Shown here: positions 1 to 11,390 of the stretch, piece by piece
Position numbering within the stretch: position 1 is the stretch's first letter
How the letters are laid out: every line of letters starts with the position of its first letter
NCBI RefSeq assembly: GCF_036321535.1
Contig: NC_087439.1
Span: forward strand, 71,920,001 to 71,984,000
DNA: 64,000 nucleotides
Direction: 5' to 3'
DNA from: Camelus dromedarius
Taxonomy: Eukaryota
Translations under genes and position numbers: made by a program
Notes under the pieces: model-generated
Told to the model about the DNA's origin: nothing
What the model saw: the letters and a program-made list of their open reading frames with translations, nothing else
Database searches by the model: none

Positions 1-469
1 CAAGTAGAGGCAAGGAGAGTTTCAGCAGAAATAGGATTTGGGAGGCGCTTACTCTTTAGAATTGTTTAGAGTCTTGTTAGTGAAGATCTCCACCCATCCA
101 CACGCTAGCTCCTGCACCTGCTAAACTAGCTCCACGTAATGGCAGTTCTTTGAAATAAGTATCCTCAGACAGTTTCAGTCTCTCTGATTTCACGTTATAT
201 TCATCATGAACCCTCTGATATTTAATATGGTCCTGAGAGCACCCACCCAATAGGAGAGAGCAGCATGAGGAAATAACTGGTCTCTTTCCAAGGGTGAATG
301 AATAAACTGGCTTTGTAGTGATTATTACAACAAGCAAATCAAAAAAGGGAGGAGACACTTATAGATTAAGAGAGACTTAGGAAATGTATCAGCCAAGTGC
401 AATGTGTGGCTCTTGTTTGAATCCTGATTTGGACAAACTAACTCTTCTAGTTATTGGTGGTATAACTTT

Positions 470-625
470 GAATAAGTAACTCTCTAAACCTTAGTTTCTC
501 CATCTATAAAATGGGCATAGCAGTAATGCCCATCTTAAAAAAAAATAATGCCCACCTTATAGAGTTGTTATAAAGAGTAAATGAGGTAGTGTTTATACAG
601 CATTTAACGCTGTATGTGGCACACG
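470..625 (+). mobile_element. MIR SINE
   Basis: CTCTCTAAACCTTAGTTTCTCCATCTATAAAATGGG core. Confidence 0.7.
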
Positions 626-695
626 GCAGGTGTCCAATATCATAAGCTATCATCATCATTATATAAAAATAAAAGCACACACACACACAACCTAC

Positions 696-822
696 CGCCA
701 AGGGCATCAGTCAGTTGAGTCAGGGTGGGCTCTGGGTGGTTCCTCAGCAGTGTGTAGATGGACATCACCATCCCAGGAGTGCAGAAGCCACACTGTGTGC
801 CATGACATTTGGCAATCCTTTC
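696..822 (-). CDS. AOX1: AOX1 exon 5 ([42 protein letters not shown]); the gene continues beyond the window start
   Basis: 127 nt; QCGFC second 2Fe-2S motif; acceptor GCTTCCAG; donor GCG|GTAGGT. Exons 1-5 total 436 nt in one frame. Confidence 0.97.
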
Positions 823-838
823 CTGGAAGCATAGAAAG

Positions 839-945
839 GTTAGAAATGCAGAATCAGATTCCATCCCAGACCTACTGAATCAGAACCTGCATTTTAATAA
901 GATTCCCACGTGTGGCTCATCTGCACATTAAAGTTGGAGAAGAGG
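839..945. mobile_element. MER5A-like hAT-Charlie MITE fragment
   Basis: GTTAGAAATGCAGAATC...CCCAGACCTACTGAATCAGAACCTGCATTTTAA...GCACATTAAAGTTGGAGAAG. Confidence 0.75.
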
Positions 946-2330
946 CGCCAGAAAATCCTTCTCATCCTTCATGTCTCCCTTTCTTGGGCTGAGGTGGCCG
1001 TGATTACTGGGCCTCATCAGAGTTTGAGCTTAATCGAAGATTCTCGGCCTTCAGAATCACCAGGGGAGCTTTAAAATTTCCGAGGGCCAAGCAGTGCCCC
1101 CGACCAGTTGACTGAGACTCTCTGGGGGTGGGGCACAGACATATGTTTTTCAAAGGTTCCTGAGTGTTTCAATTTGCACTCCAGAATGAGAATCACTGAG
1201 ATAAAGGTTACTCTCTGAAAGTCCTTCAGGGAAATAAAATGGATTCTACTCAAGCTGAGGGGAAAAACACAAAAACAAAAACAAAATCTTCAAGTATTTC
1301 CCACGTACCTTTATCTGCCCACTATTGCCCTCATGCTGTAGCACACAGAATTTGTTTACAAAGTGCCATTGTTAATCCAAGAAACAATCAAGATGGAGAC
1401 ACACTGCCTTGATTTCTCTTCCAAATCTCCCTCGCTCCTGCCCCAGTATTTTCTCTTTGGAGTCAAACTTCAAGGGTGCCACCCCATTTGGGAAGCTGTC
1501 ATCTGGCTACCTTGCAGCCAAGAACACGGCAGCGGGTACTACATGAAAGGGTGTTTTCATGTCTCTGACCAGCCAAGTCTCACAGGCGCATCCAGACAGA
1601 ATCTGCTCCCTCTAGGTAATGAGGTTTCATAGAAGACAAACAGAATGCAAGATTTCTTCAAGCCCAGGGAATTTGAAGTCTGACCATTTTCTATGTTGCC
1701 TCTAATTTTTTCCTCCTCTATCCTCACCTCTTAGGTGGTACTCATTAATTTAGATAAAAACAAGTAGCAACAGCATTTTTCCGGGCAAATAACTGAAAGC
1801 ATCAGGAACCTGAGGTGCCCTTTCACTTGAGGCAAAGTTCTAACACGGTGTCTCCTTAGGAGAAAGCCTCAGAATTCATTGACACCTCTTATTATCTATC
1901 TTTTGAAGAAATTGAATTTAACAAATCTTTTTGGTGGCTGAGATTTTCATTCAGCTATAAAATCACATTATTTTCCCCTTTACATATAAAAAATGAGATT
2001 ATATCCCCCAGTGCACATGGCTCTCATTTCTTTATAAGTTTGGAACATGTAAGGTGGATAGGTCCCATCTAATTAGAATATAGAAAACAAAGCCAGTGAT
2101 GTCAGGGTTTTCTTTAAAAAGAGAAGGTCCTCTAGTCTTTCAAAAGTATTTTTCCAAGGTGTCAGACACAAGGCGTCCAGACGTTCACTCCTGCTCCCAG
2201 CTTGGTGTCATCTGTTGGCTGTGACCAAGCAGCAGGGCCCACTGCTCTACTGTATTAATTTCAGGAACTCATCATGTCATTAATGGTTTTCGAAGCACAG
2301 AAACCCTATGAAGAAGAGGCACAACTTCAC

Positions 2331-2439
2331 CTGAACAGGATGAATCCTGGTCTTGGTGCTTCCTACGCCTTCTACTGTGGTGACAGCAGCACCATACAGA
2401 GAACAGATGGGAAGCAGACAGGCATTGGCTGGATAATGT
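2331..2439 (-). CDS. AOX1: AOX1 exon 4 ([36 protein letters not shown])
   Basis: 109 nt; acceptor TTCTAAAG; donor CAG|GTGAAG; ACL...VTTVEG motif of the XDH/AOX family. Confidence 0.96.
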
Positions 2440-3479
2440 CTTTAGAATGAAAAAGAGAAACACAAACAACATTGTATTCAGTGGGAAAGGGGACAGAGCA
2501 TTCACTGCATACTTCCAATATGGCAGGTTTTGTATAATATCCCAGGCATACACATTTTGTCCTTAGCTTATAACCATTTTACAGAAGACGACTCTGAGGG
2601 TCAGGGTGATTTGCTCAGGATCACAGCTGGACTGTCAGAGACAAGATTCAAATTAGGCCTCCTAATTCTAACTCCAGAACAATTTCCACTAACTGTGTTT
2701 TTTCTTCTCTTGAATGAAGGGCTGACATTCTCCACTCTAGCCACCTAGACCATATTCCATCTTCCAAGCAAACGCTGGGCCAGGGGTTGGTTGGCAACAA
2801 AGTTAATTTGATATTGTGCTTCAGAAAAAGAAATAGCATGTGAAATACAAAGCTCCTCAATTTCACAAACCTATGGCTAGAAAATGTCCAACTCAAAATG
2901 ACTCCTTTATAAAATGTTCTCATTCACCAAAAAGAACTATCTATGGCCAATAAATACATGAAATGAATGTTCAACCTCAAAAACAATCAAGAGTGATTCG
3001 AATTAAGCAGTAAGAAACCATTTTTATCAAAGATTAAAAAAAACCTAATATGCATTATTAGCAAAAGTTTAGGAAAATAAAACTCAGATACTGCTGCTAA
3101 GAATGGAAATTAATAGAGCAACATTTTGCTGGAAGGTCTAAAAACTTAAAGATGTGCTCTTTTACCTTGCAATTCCACTCTATGGTTCTATCATAAAGAA
3201 ACAGTCATAAACATATATATATGTGTATGAATGCTCACAGATGCATTGCTTATTATAATGAAAAGCAAAAAATAATCTAACTGATCACTATTTGGGGATT
3301 GGTTTTGGTACAGTCAAACAAGGAAACATACATAGCCATTAAAATTACATTTATTGTTTTGAAAAGATATCCATGAGAAGTTTAGCAAAAAATAAAAGTT
3401 TCTAAATTGTATATGCAGTATGCTTCTGTAAGTATACAACAAAAGAAAGACTGGAAGGATGTTATTAATTTACAAATAA

Positions 3480-3730
3480 ATGTAAATATTTACTGAGTGC
3501 CTACTGTGTGCCAGGCAGAGTTCTAGGTACTAGGATTCATCGGTGAACAAGACAGATAAAATCCTTGCTCTTGAGAGCGTATATTCTAGTTGAGGGAAGA
3601 CAGACAATACATCCATACGAACCTACATCTGGTGAGATGCACAATGAATACGTTGCTACAGGCCAAGGGACTAGGGAGTTGCAGAGGTGGGATGGGGCAT
3701 TGCTATGTAGGAGATGATCAGGGAAGGCTG
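3480..3730 (-). mobile_element. L2 3' fragment
   Basis: ATTTACTGAGTGCCTACTGTGTGCCAGGCA...GAACAAGACAGA. Confidence 0.65.
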
Positions 3731-3904
3731 AGAATGTAATATTTCTGCTGGAACCTGAATAATTTGATGCCCTTCATTGTATCCAGTGCCTGCCACAGTT
3801 CCTGTCACACAATAGGTGCTCAATGCATATCTACCAAAGGAAGGAATAAAACAAAGTTCAAAACTACAAAAATTCAACCGTATCTGGACTTTGCAGCTGG
3901 GTAC

Positions 3905-4001
3905 CTTATCCTCTTGGTATTGGGGTCATATCGTGATATCATCACAGTGCAGGCGCCACAGCCTCCCCCTCCACAGCCATATTTAGTTCCTGTGAGTCGG
4001 A
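3905..4001 (-). CDS. AOX1: AOX1 exon 3 ([31 protein letters not shown]), first 2Fe-2S cluster motif
   Basis: 97 nt; CGGGGCGAC Fe-S motif; acceptor TTTTTCCAG preceded by TCCTTAAC; donor AAG|GTACCC. Confidence 0.97.
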
Positions 4002-4479
4002 CTGGAAAAAGCATAGTTAAGGATAATGTATTTTCCATAATTTCCATTGTAAAATAGCTCTGACCTTAGGAGACAACACCATCAAAGACTCTTAAAATAT
4101 AGTTTGATACTTATCAAATGATGTATGTATTTCTTAGCTACTATAATTTGAAACCTTGGAAATTCTTGATTTCCATTTGTGTGTCATATCTAGTCTCTTC
4201 CTTTTTAAAACACCTGGACCTCAGGTTGCCAAAAATAAGGCCAAATGTAAAAAAAAAAAAAAAAAAAAAAGAAGAGTCTATACATACAAGGCTTTGAGTA
4301 TTTGAAGGTATGACTACGTTGCATATCTGTTCTTATCCTTATCTGTCTTTCATGACATATAAAGTAGAATATCAAATTGTAAATAATTCTTAGAATATTT
4401 GTATCATATTATCGATGTTTGCCTTATTTCTCTGCTTCTCAGTGGCAGAAACTGCCAGTTGTTTCCCAATATCTTTTCT

Positions 4480-5330
4480 CTCATTCTTCCTTGGTAATAG
4501 AAATCTCAATTTTTTACACACATGGTTGCCCAGAATAAAAAATACATTTTCCCAGCCTCCTCTGAAGCTACATGGGGTCATTAATAATGGTGGCTAATGG
4601 AGTGTAAGCACGTATGTTGTGTATGACTTCCAGGAGGGAAATGTCCTCAAAGGGAAAGGGGTGCCCTCTTCATCTCTTACTTCTTCCTATTTGCTGGAAT
4701 TCAGATATGATGGCTGGACCTCAGTTAGTCATCTCTGACCATGAGAAAAAGCTTCATACTGAGGAGGGTGGAGCGGCAAGATAGAAGGAGATTGGTCCCT
4801 GATAACACTGTGACATCGCTTTGCTTGCCTGGCTCTATCTATCTTTGGGATTCCTTTATGTGAGTCTGACAGCCATGAGAATGTGCCTCATAGGCATCCT
4901 TCGACATAGAGGGAACTGACCAAGAGACCCAGCTGCTGCACTGTGCTATCACCCCAGTGTTCACCGAGGCCATGCCTCCCATGGGTTGCCTCCCACCAAT
5001 GGCTCAGTGCTAGAGAGACACAAGGATTAACTATCCTCAGTGGCTTTGATGAACATGTCTCAGACTGCACAGCAGTCTGAGACCCTTCCACCCAGCCTTC
5101 TCCCCTCTCTTCCTTGCAGGTCTAATGCCCTAAGCCTTCTTGGGCAGCCTCCCTATTTCACTCAGGCATTTTTCCTCATAAAACCCTTGCACATTTAATT
5201 TCATTTTTCTTGGTGACTGCTTCCCAGAGAACCTGAAATAACACAATGAGAAAGAAATAAACTTCTATCTTGTTTACTGCTATTGGGACTTCCTGTCCCA
5301 ATAGTGAATCAAATCTTAATTGTTACACTG
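4480..5330 (+). mobile_element. MLT1 (MaLR) LTR interrupted by an LTR16-like ERVL LTR (~4860-5245)
   Basis: MLT1-like TTCCCAGCCTCC...GATGGCTGG and GAAATAAACTTCTATCTTG; the inner element ends GAACCTGAAATAACACA. Confidence 0.55.
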
Positions 5331-5413
5331 GTACCATGGATAACCAGGAAATTAGGATTCATTGCTTCCATGTCCAAAAATCTTGAATGACTTCTGGAAG
5401 ATAATTATTGATG

Positions 5414-5576
5414 TTTTTGTTTTTTATTTTTTAAATTTATTTTTAAAAATTTTGGAGGGGAGGTAATTAGGTTTATTTATTTTTATTTATTTACTTTTTA
5501 ACAGAGGTACTGGGGATTGAGCCCAGAACCTCATGCATGCTAAGCATGCACCCTACCACTGAGCTATACCCTCCCC
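5414..5576 (-). mobile_element. tRNA-Ala(AGC)-derived SINE (camelid Vic-1-like)
   Basis: Minus strand reads GGGGAGGGTATAGCTCAGTGGTAG...CATGCTTAGCATG...CTCAATCCCCAGTACCTC, then an AATAAACCTAATTACCTCCCC tail and an A-rich end; ATTGAT on both flanks as a partial TSD. Confidence 0.88.
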
Positions 5577-6190
5577 TCATTGATTTTTTTGAGTTTCATA
5601 CGCTTTTGGGAATTTCACTCTCTCCAGGGGAAAAAATGTACAAATTCCCATTGTCATACAATTTGACATATAACGTAGTGGGATCTGCAGACCTCTGGAA
5701 GCCCACTGGAGTTCACGCACAGCAGGATAAGAATCCACTCCTTAGATGACATTTATTTAGAAAGTTTTTCTAAACTAACATTTTCATTAATTTCTCTTCT
5801 GTTCTTTCACCTTCATTTCAGGAGACTTCTGTGCTCTCTTTTTCTAGTGGGCATGATGATTGGTCTTTGAAGATAGAATATCAATAATGTGACTCTTAAT
5901 TCTAAAGAATGCTTAATTAAGCCATTTAACATCCATCGCTTTAATTCCTATTGCTAGTTTCTCCATTTTATGCAATGTATGTAATGCCAAAACAGAGATT
6001 AGAAAGAACTTGGTTCTTCTGATAGGCACAAGTATGCACTGCCTGGAAAACCCAGATATAGGACTTTCTCAAAGATGAACATAAAACTATAGTAGGGAAT
6101 GCGACTAAGTGTGGCTCTGAAAGTGTATCAGAGCTATACACATCTCACACACACACACACATGCACACACACACTCAAAGCAAAGGATAC

Positions 6191-6248
6191 GCTTCTTCCT
6201 CAGGTATGGTAACAGCATTGTTTCAGGATCGACATTTTTTTCTAGCAC
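6191..6248 (-). CDS. AOX1: AOX1 exon 2 (VLEKNVDPETMLLPYLRKK+C)
   Basis: 58 nt; acceptor TTTTGGTACAG; followed by U12-type donor GTATCCTTTG; in frame with exons 1 and 3. Confidence 0.96.
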
Positions 6249-8419
6249 CTGTACCAAAAGAATATTGGAGTTACATGCACAGAGTTGAGAGAGCTACTGT
6301 GATATTTACATTGGCGGGCTCATACAAATTTCATAGAAATTCATGTTAATTAATTCATCTACTCATATTTTCAACTTGATTCATTGTTTATGGAACACCT
6401 GTGGTTTACAAGTCAACTCTTGTAAGTGTAAAGTCTAAATCTTGGGCCCCACCACCACTTTGCCACCGTCCTTGGTTCTGAATCATCACTGGTCTCTAAG
6501 ACAGTGGTTGTTTCTACTAACAGAAACCCTAGTGACTACTGTCCAACTTCTAGAAAGTCTGAAGCAAGTGAGGGAAAAGATTTTCGTAGAACAGGATACA
6601 GAAGACAGGGGGTGGGGAATGGAGCTGCTGGAAGAGAATAACCTCTGAGAAAGTGATACAGATTTTTTTTTAAGGACTTGTTTATCATTTTCAAAGAATT
6701 ACAGTTTCCAGAAAGAGCACACAACCAACCTTGGCTCCCAAATCAAAGAGACAAAGGAGAAGATAAATGTGTGTGCCAAGTGATACAAAGATATGCAAGC
6801 AAGGAACAGTTAAGAAGCAAGTTTGCATGGGCAGCCCAGCAACATGGCAGACTGAACAGTGGTGCCCAATGGATGGCGTGACTGAAATGTCATGAATGGT
6901 TATGTTTTCCCAAATGATCATGCTTTCTATTTTTTTTTTATTACAAATTTGGATGTCTTTTAGATCCACAAACAGAAGCATTTTAATTCTACAATTTTAC
7001 AATTTCAGAAGTAGAGTTCATCTTTCACCACATTATACCAATTTTCCCTTCTGGAAATTAGGTGAGAAGGGGATATGTGTTTCTTCTACAAATGCCTCCT
7101 CACCTTCAATTCTAAGTGGCCGTAGGCTGGGCAAAGTGAGGCATGTGCCAACTACCAAGGTCAGATTTGTGCCCTAGAGGAATCTGTAATATAGTAAGAG
7201 AGATGTGATTGTGTGTGTGTACACATACTATAATAGAAGGAAAAGTGCAGAGCACACACAGGCACCTCCAACTTAATTGGCCCTCAAATGGAACTCTTGA
7301 TTTTTATTTCCCAAACTTACCTCTTCCCTTCTTTGTCTTAACTTGTTTAAGAACCTCACAATCTGCTGGGTCACCTAAGCTGAAAAACTCAAGCTGTTTT
7401 CAACATTTTCTTTCCTTCAATCCACCACAATTACTGTCACCAATTGACACTTCCAAAATAATTCTCTAAACACCCTTCACTTCTGCTGTCACTCCCTGAA
7501 ATCAATTCTTATTACTTCTGGCCTGAACAATTGTAACAGCTGCCCAAAGGATCTCCTGCTTCCATCCTTGGCACCTGCAATGCCACACTCTATACCACTA
7601 CCAGAGCGACCTCTCTAAAATCCAAATCTGATCAACTCCCAAATCTGCCTAAATTTAACACCCAGGTCCTGGTTGCCGAATTGCTGTGCTGGGAATTCCT
7701 GAATCACTCAAGGTGCTTGTTAAAATGAATTCCCTATTGAGTCAGGATTTCTAGGAGAAGGAACAAGAAAATGTGGATCTTTAATGAGTACACTTGGTGA
7801 GTCTTAGGTGAATTTCTATTCAAGAGCCCTTGGAATACAAGAAGAAATTCAAACTCTTTGGCAGAGACTACAAGTCTTCTTTGATAAACTTTCTATCATC
7901 TGCCACTCAACCCATGCATCTTGAACTCTGGTCACATGGGAGAACTGGCCAGTCCCAGCAGTACAGAGACTTTTGCCCTTCACTACATTTGCTTATAGGA
8001 TTCCTTCCATCCTGAAAGTCCTCCCTCTCTTCTCCACTTGGCAGAATTTTGCATGTCACTCAAAGCCCTACCCAAATGTTCTCTCATGTAAGGGTGCTGC
8101 CATCTAATACACCCTTCCCACTGTCTGCTTCAGGTGGCCGTCCTCCTCCGTGTTCCCATGGCCAATGTCCACATATTTTTCATAGAACATTTCTATTCTA
8201 CGCTGGGAATGCATAAGCCTCTTTTGATCCTGAGAGAAACCATCTTCCATTATTCTTCTTTATGTCAAACATGGAACTAGGTGCTTGGGATATATGATAA
8301 GGATGTAATAAATGTGAATTAATTTAAATGAATAACTTGATATGTACAATTTGCAATGAGAACACTTAAGAGGAAGGGATAAATTCTCACAGACTGGGAC
8401 TTTTGAACAGAAGGAAAGA

Positions 8420-8760
8420 AAGAAAAATAGACAAGAGCCAATAATGGTGGCAGAAACTGCTGGTTGTCTATCCCAGCATGCTTTCTCCCTTTCTTCCTTC
8501 CTGCTGCCTGGAATGAAGATGAAATGGCTAGAATGCCAGCAGCCATTTTAGACCATAAAGCAAAATGTCAATGGCAATAGAAGAAAAAAGAGAAGAAACT
8601 TGAGTTTCAGATGACACCATGAAGCTTCTGGATCAGCCCCACAATGTCTCTCCCTAGATATCCTTTATGTAAAAGTAAAAATGACTTGTATCTTGTTTGA
8701 ACCACTTAGTTTTGAATTTGTGTCATTCGCAGTTGGAACTAACTCTAATTCACACAAATG
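8420..8760 (+). mobile_element. MLT1-like LTR fragment
   Basis: GATGGCTAGAATGCCAGCAGCCATTTTAGACCAT and CTTGTTTGAACCACT motifs. Confidence 0.55.
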
Positions 8761-9897
8761 ATGGTGACTCCATAGAAGCCCAATTTTAATGGAGAGACAG
8801 GATCTGACTAATAAGGAATAGCATTTTAGGCTTGAGAGATATTTGTGTATTTTTGGAAGGAATTAATGGAAGAACAGGCCTTGTTTGTTTGGGTATTTTT
8901 CCAGGAGATGTTTCAAGAGATTGGAGCCTGGCTCAAAGTGCCACTGGCATGAAATGTGTTTATTTTTCTTGATTTGGCAGATGGCACATTTGAAGGCGGG
9001 AAGTAGGGGCAGGGATCCAGTGTACACCCTGTCCTGGCAGGTCTTGAAATGAAACAGGGAGGTCAGGGCTCACATGGTGGCTGGGGGTGGGGGTGAAGAG
9101 GAGGGCAGGAGGGAATGAGGAACAGAGTTATTCTCACTGACTCTGGTTGGGAGAAATGATGCCAGTTCTCGGGTCAGGGTCATTGCATGTTTCATGTTTC
9201 CGTCTCAGTACAGCCTTGTGTGTTGCAAGGGTAGCGTGTGACCCTCTGTATCTCCACGGTCCTTCAGGAGATGTGAAGTTCATGTTGAAAAAAGTTGAAA
9301 AATCGCCTTCCTTTGCACAGGGCATGTGACCTATGTGTGAAGGGGGCCTTGCCAGATAAGAGAGGCAGAAAGAAGAAAGAGAAAAGAGGTTAGGAGGAGA
9401 GAGAAAGGGATGAAAGAATGGAAAAATAAGGACAAGCTGAGAGGAGGAGGGAAGAAAGAGGTGTGTATCGTGGGGCACAGTGGGGGGAGAAGGATCATGC
9501 CCCCAGCGGCCTTAGAACAGGGACAGAGGCCTGAGGGGACAACCAGCGAGGACACTTCAGCTTGAGCTCCTGGTTGCTTTAAAATTCACTTGAATTGTTG
9601 GTTCTTCCTGCCTAGCCATCTCCACCTATCCTTCTCCAGTTTTCTCTGACTTATTATAGCCATCCTGGCAGCCCAGAAATTTCCTCTCAGCCCTGCAAAC
9701 CCAAACCCCAGGAAACACTAGCCAAGGGACAGCTATTTCCAGATTCCTAAACTTACAACAAGACCCTACATTTGTTGAGTAAATAATGCTTGATGACTGC
9801 TTTTTAGCCCGCCTGACACTTCTGGGCTGGTTTTGGCTCTACCCACACATGAAGTGAATTATTTCCCAATCCAGATATAAACAATCATTTCCACATA

Positions 9898-10110
9898 TCA
9901 AGTGCTTACTGTGTGCCAAGCACCTTGCTAGCCACTCTCCATGGAATTTAATCTTCACTCCAAATCCATGGGGGAAGGTGCTGTTATTAGTCTCAATTTG
10001 CAGAGGGGAAAACTGAGGCTCAGAGACATTAAGCAACTTGCTGGAGACCCCAGAGCTGCAAAGTGGCAGAGCAGGCAGCACAGGACTCAAATTCACGCCT
10101 AACTAGTTCC
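9898..10110 (-). mobile_element. MIR SINE
   Basis: GCAGAGGGGAAAACTGAGGCTCAGAGACATTAAGCAACTTGC core. Confidence 0.75.
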
Positions 10111-11029
10111 AAAACCCACAGCTTTGATCTCTATACCTCGCTGCCTCGTAGAATGACACACTTCAGTTCCTGACCTGTGTTTGAGAGTGGCATCTAGGGT
10201 ATAATTTATTCATGGGCTCTTCGTCCCTCAAACTCCATGTTAACAGGGCCACTTGCTCTGGGGGCTCCTAGCGGAGAAAGTAAGATTTCAGAAATCTCTC
10301 TGCAACTAGATCTCTGACCAGCATGCATGGCCTGAGCCCCTGCCCAATGACATCTTATGGTGACTTGCGAGGATTTTGCACAAAGTACAGACCGGAGGTC
10401 AATCACGTCATCCAGAGTCTCCTAAGTGGCTTCTAAGCTTCCTTTCAAGGGCAAGATTTGAATCCCAGAGGTTATGTTTGATTACAAGGTCCCTCTTTCC
10501 TGGTGGTTTTTTGTTTTTGTTTTTCTCTCTCTCTCACTTTTCTCAACATCCCCTCATCCTCTGAAACAGAGACTTGAATTGCATCCATGTGGCAGTCAGG
10601 CTTGCTTGCTGGGATTGAGGCACACACCTAACAGAATTTGAAAGGGAGGGGCAGGAAAGGTTACGGGTAACACTTTCTTGCAACAGGGTAATTGCCAAAA
10701 CAAATCGATATCTCTAGGGTGCACTTTCCAAATGATCACATGATATTTGGCACATAGCTAAAACAAACCCATAGATAAGAACAAGTTTATCCATTTAAAA
10801 AAAAAAATCAACAGAGCACAAACTATTGTTAGTCATTATGTTAAAAATTCCACTAACATTTGTTTGGGAGCAGGGGAAGGAGGAGAGGGAGAAGAAACTA
10901 GACTCAAACACCCATTTCCTCATTTAACCAAACTGTTACCATCGCCTGCAAAGCCTAGTCACCTGGCCCTGGCCTCATCTGCAGCCCCACCGGCCTCCGT
11001 GCTATCTCCCCCCACCCCGCCCCAGAGCA

Positions 11030-11390
11030 CACAGATATCCTCATGTCTGAGGATCTTTACACCTTCAATCCCTTAGTCTGGAACATTCTTCCCTCAGATG
11101 TCTGCTCCTTACTTCACACTAGTCACCACATTTGTCAGCCTCTCAGAGAGACTTAAACACCCACCCCTGAAGCACCTGCCCACGCTCCATCCCCTCCCTC
11201 TGCTTTACCCTAGAACTTATCACCGCCTGACATTTTACATTTCCATTCATTTATATGCTTGTCATCTGTCTCCCCAGCACGATGTAAACTGCATGCAGGC
11301 AGGGACTTGGTCATTTCTGTGCTCCGTTGTGTCCCGTGAGGGCACTGGAACTCTGGCATATATAGTAGGCCCTTAAATGAATGGATTAAA
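11030..11390 (+). mobile_element. L2 3' fragment
   Basis: TGGAACATTCTTCCCTCAGAT...GATGTAAACTGCATGCAGGCAGGGAC...TAGTAGGCCCTTAAATGAATG. Confidence 0.6.

Larger units (their letters stand above)
4002..6190 (-). other. AOX1: U12-type (minor spliceosome) GT-AG intron 2 of AOX1
   Basis: 5' splice site GTATCCTTT (6182-6190) and branch site TCCTTAAC (4016-4023), about 15 nt before the AG; both are exact U12 consensus. Confidence 0.93.

Noticed and set aside
9067-9084. Minus-strand GCCACCATG overlapping a GTGAGC donor in AOX1 intron 1
   Set aside because: The ATG is followed by TGA, and splicing to exon 2 gives ATG-TGC-TAG; there is no promoter context, so likely chance.
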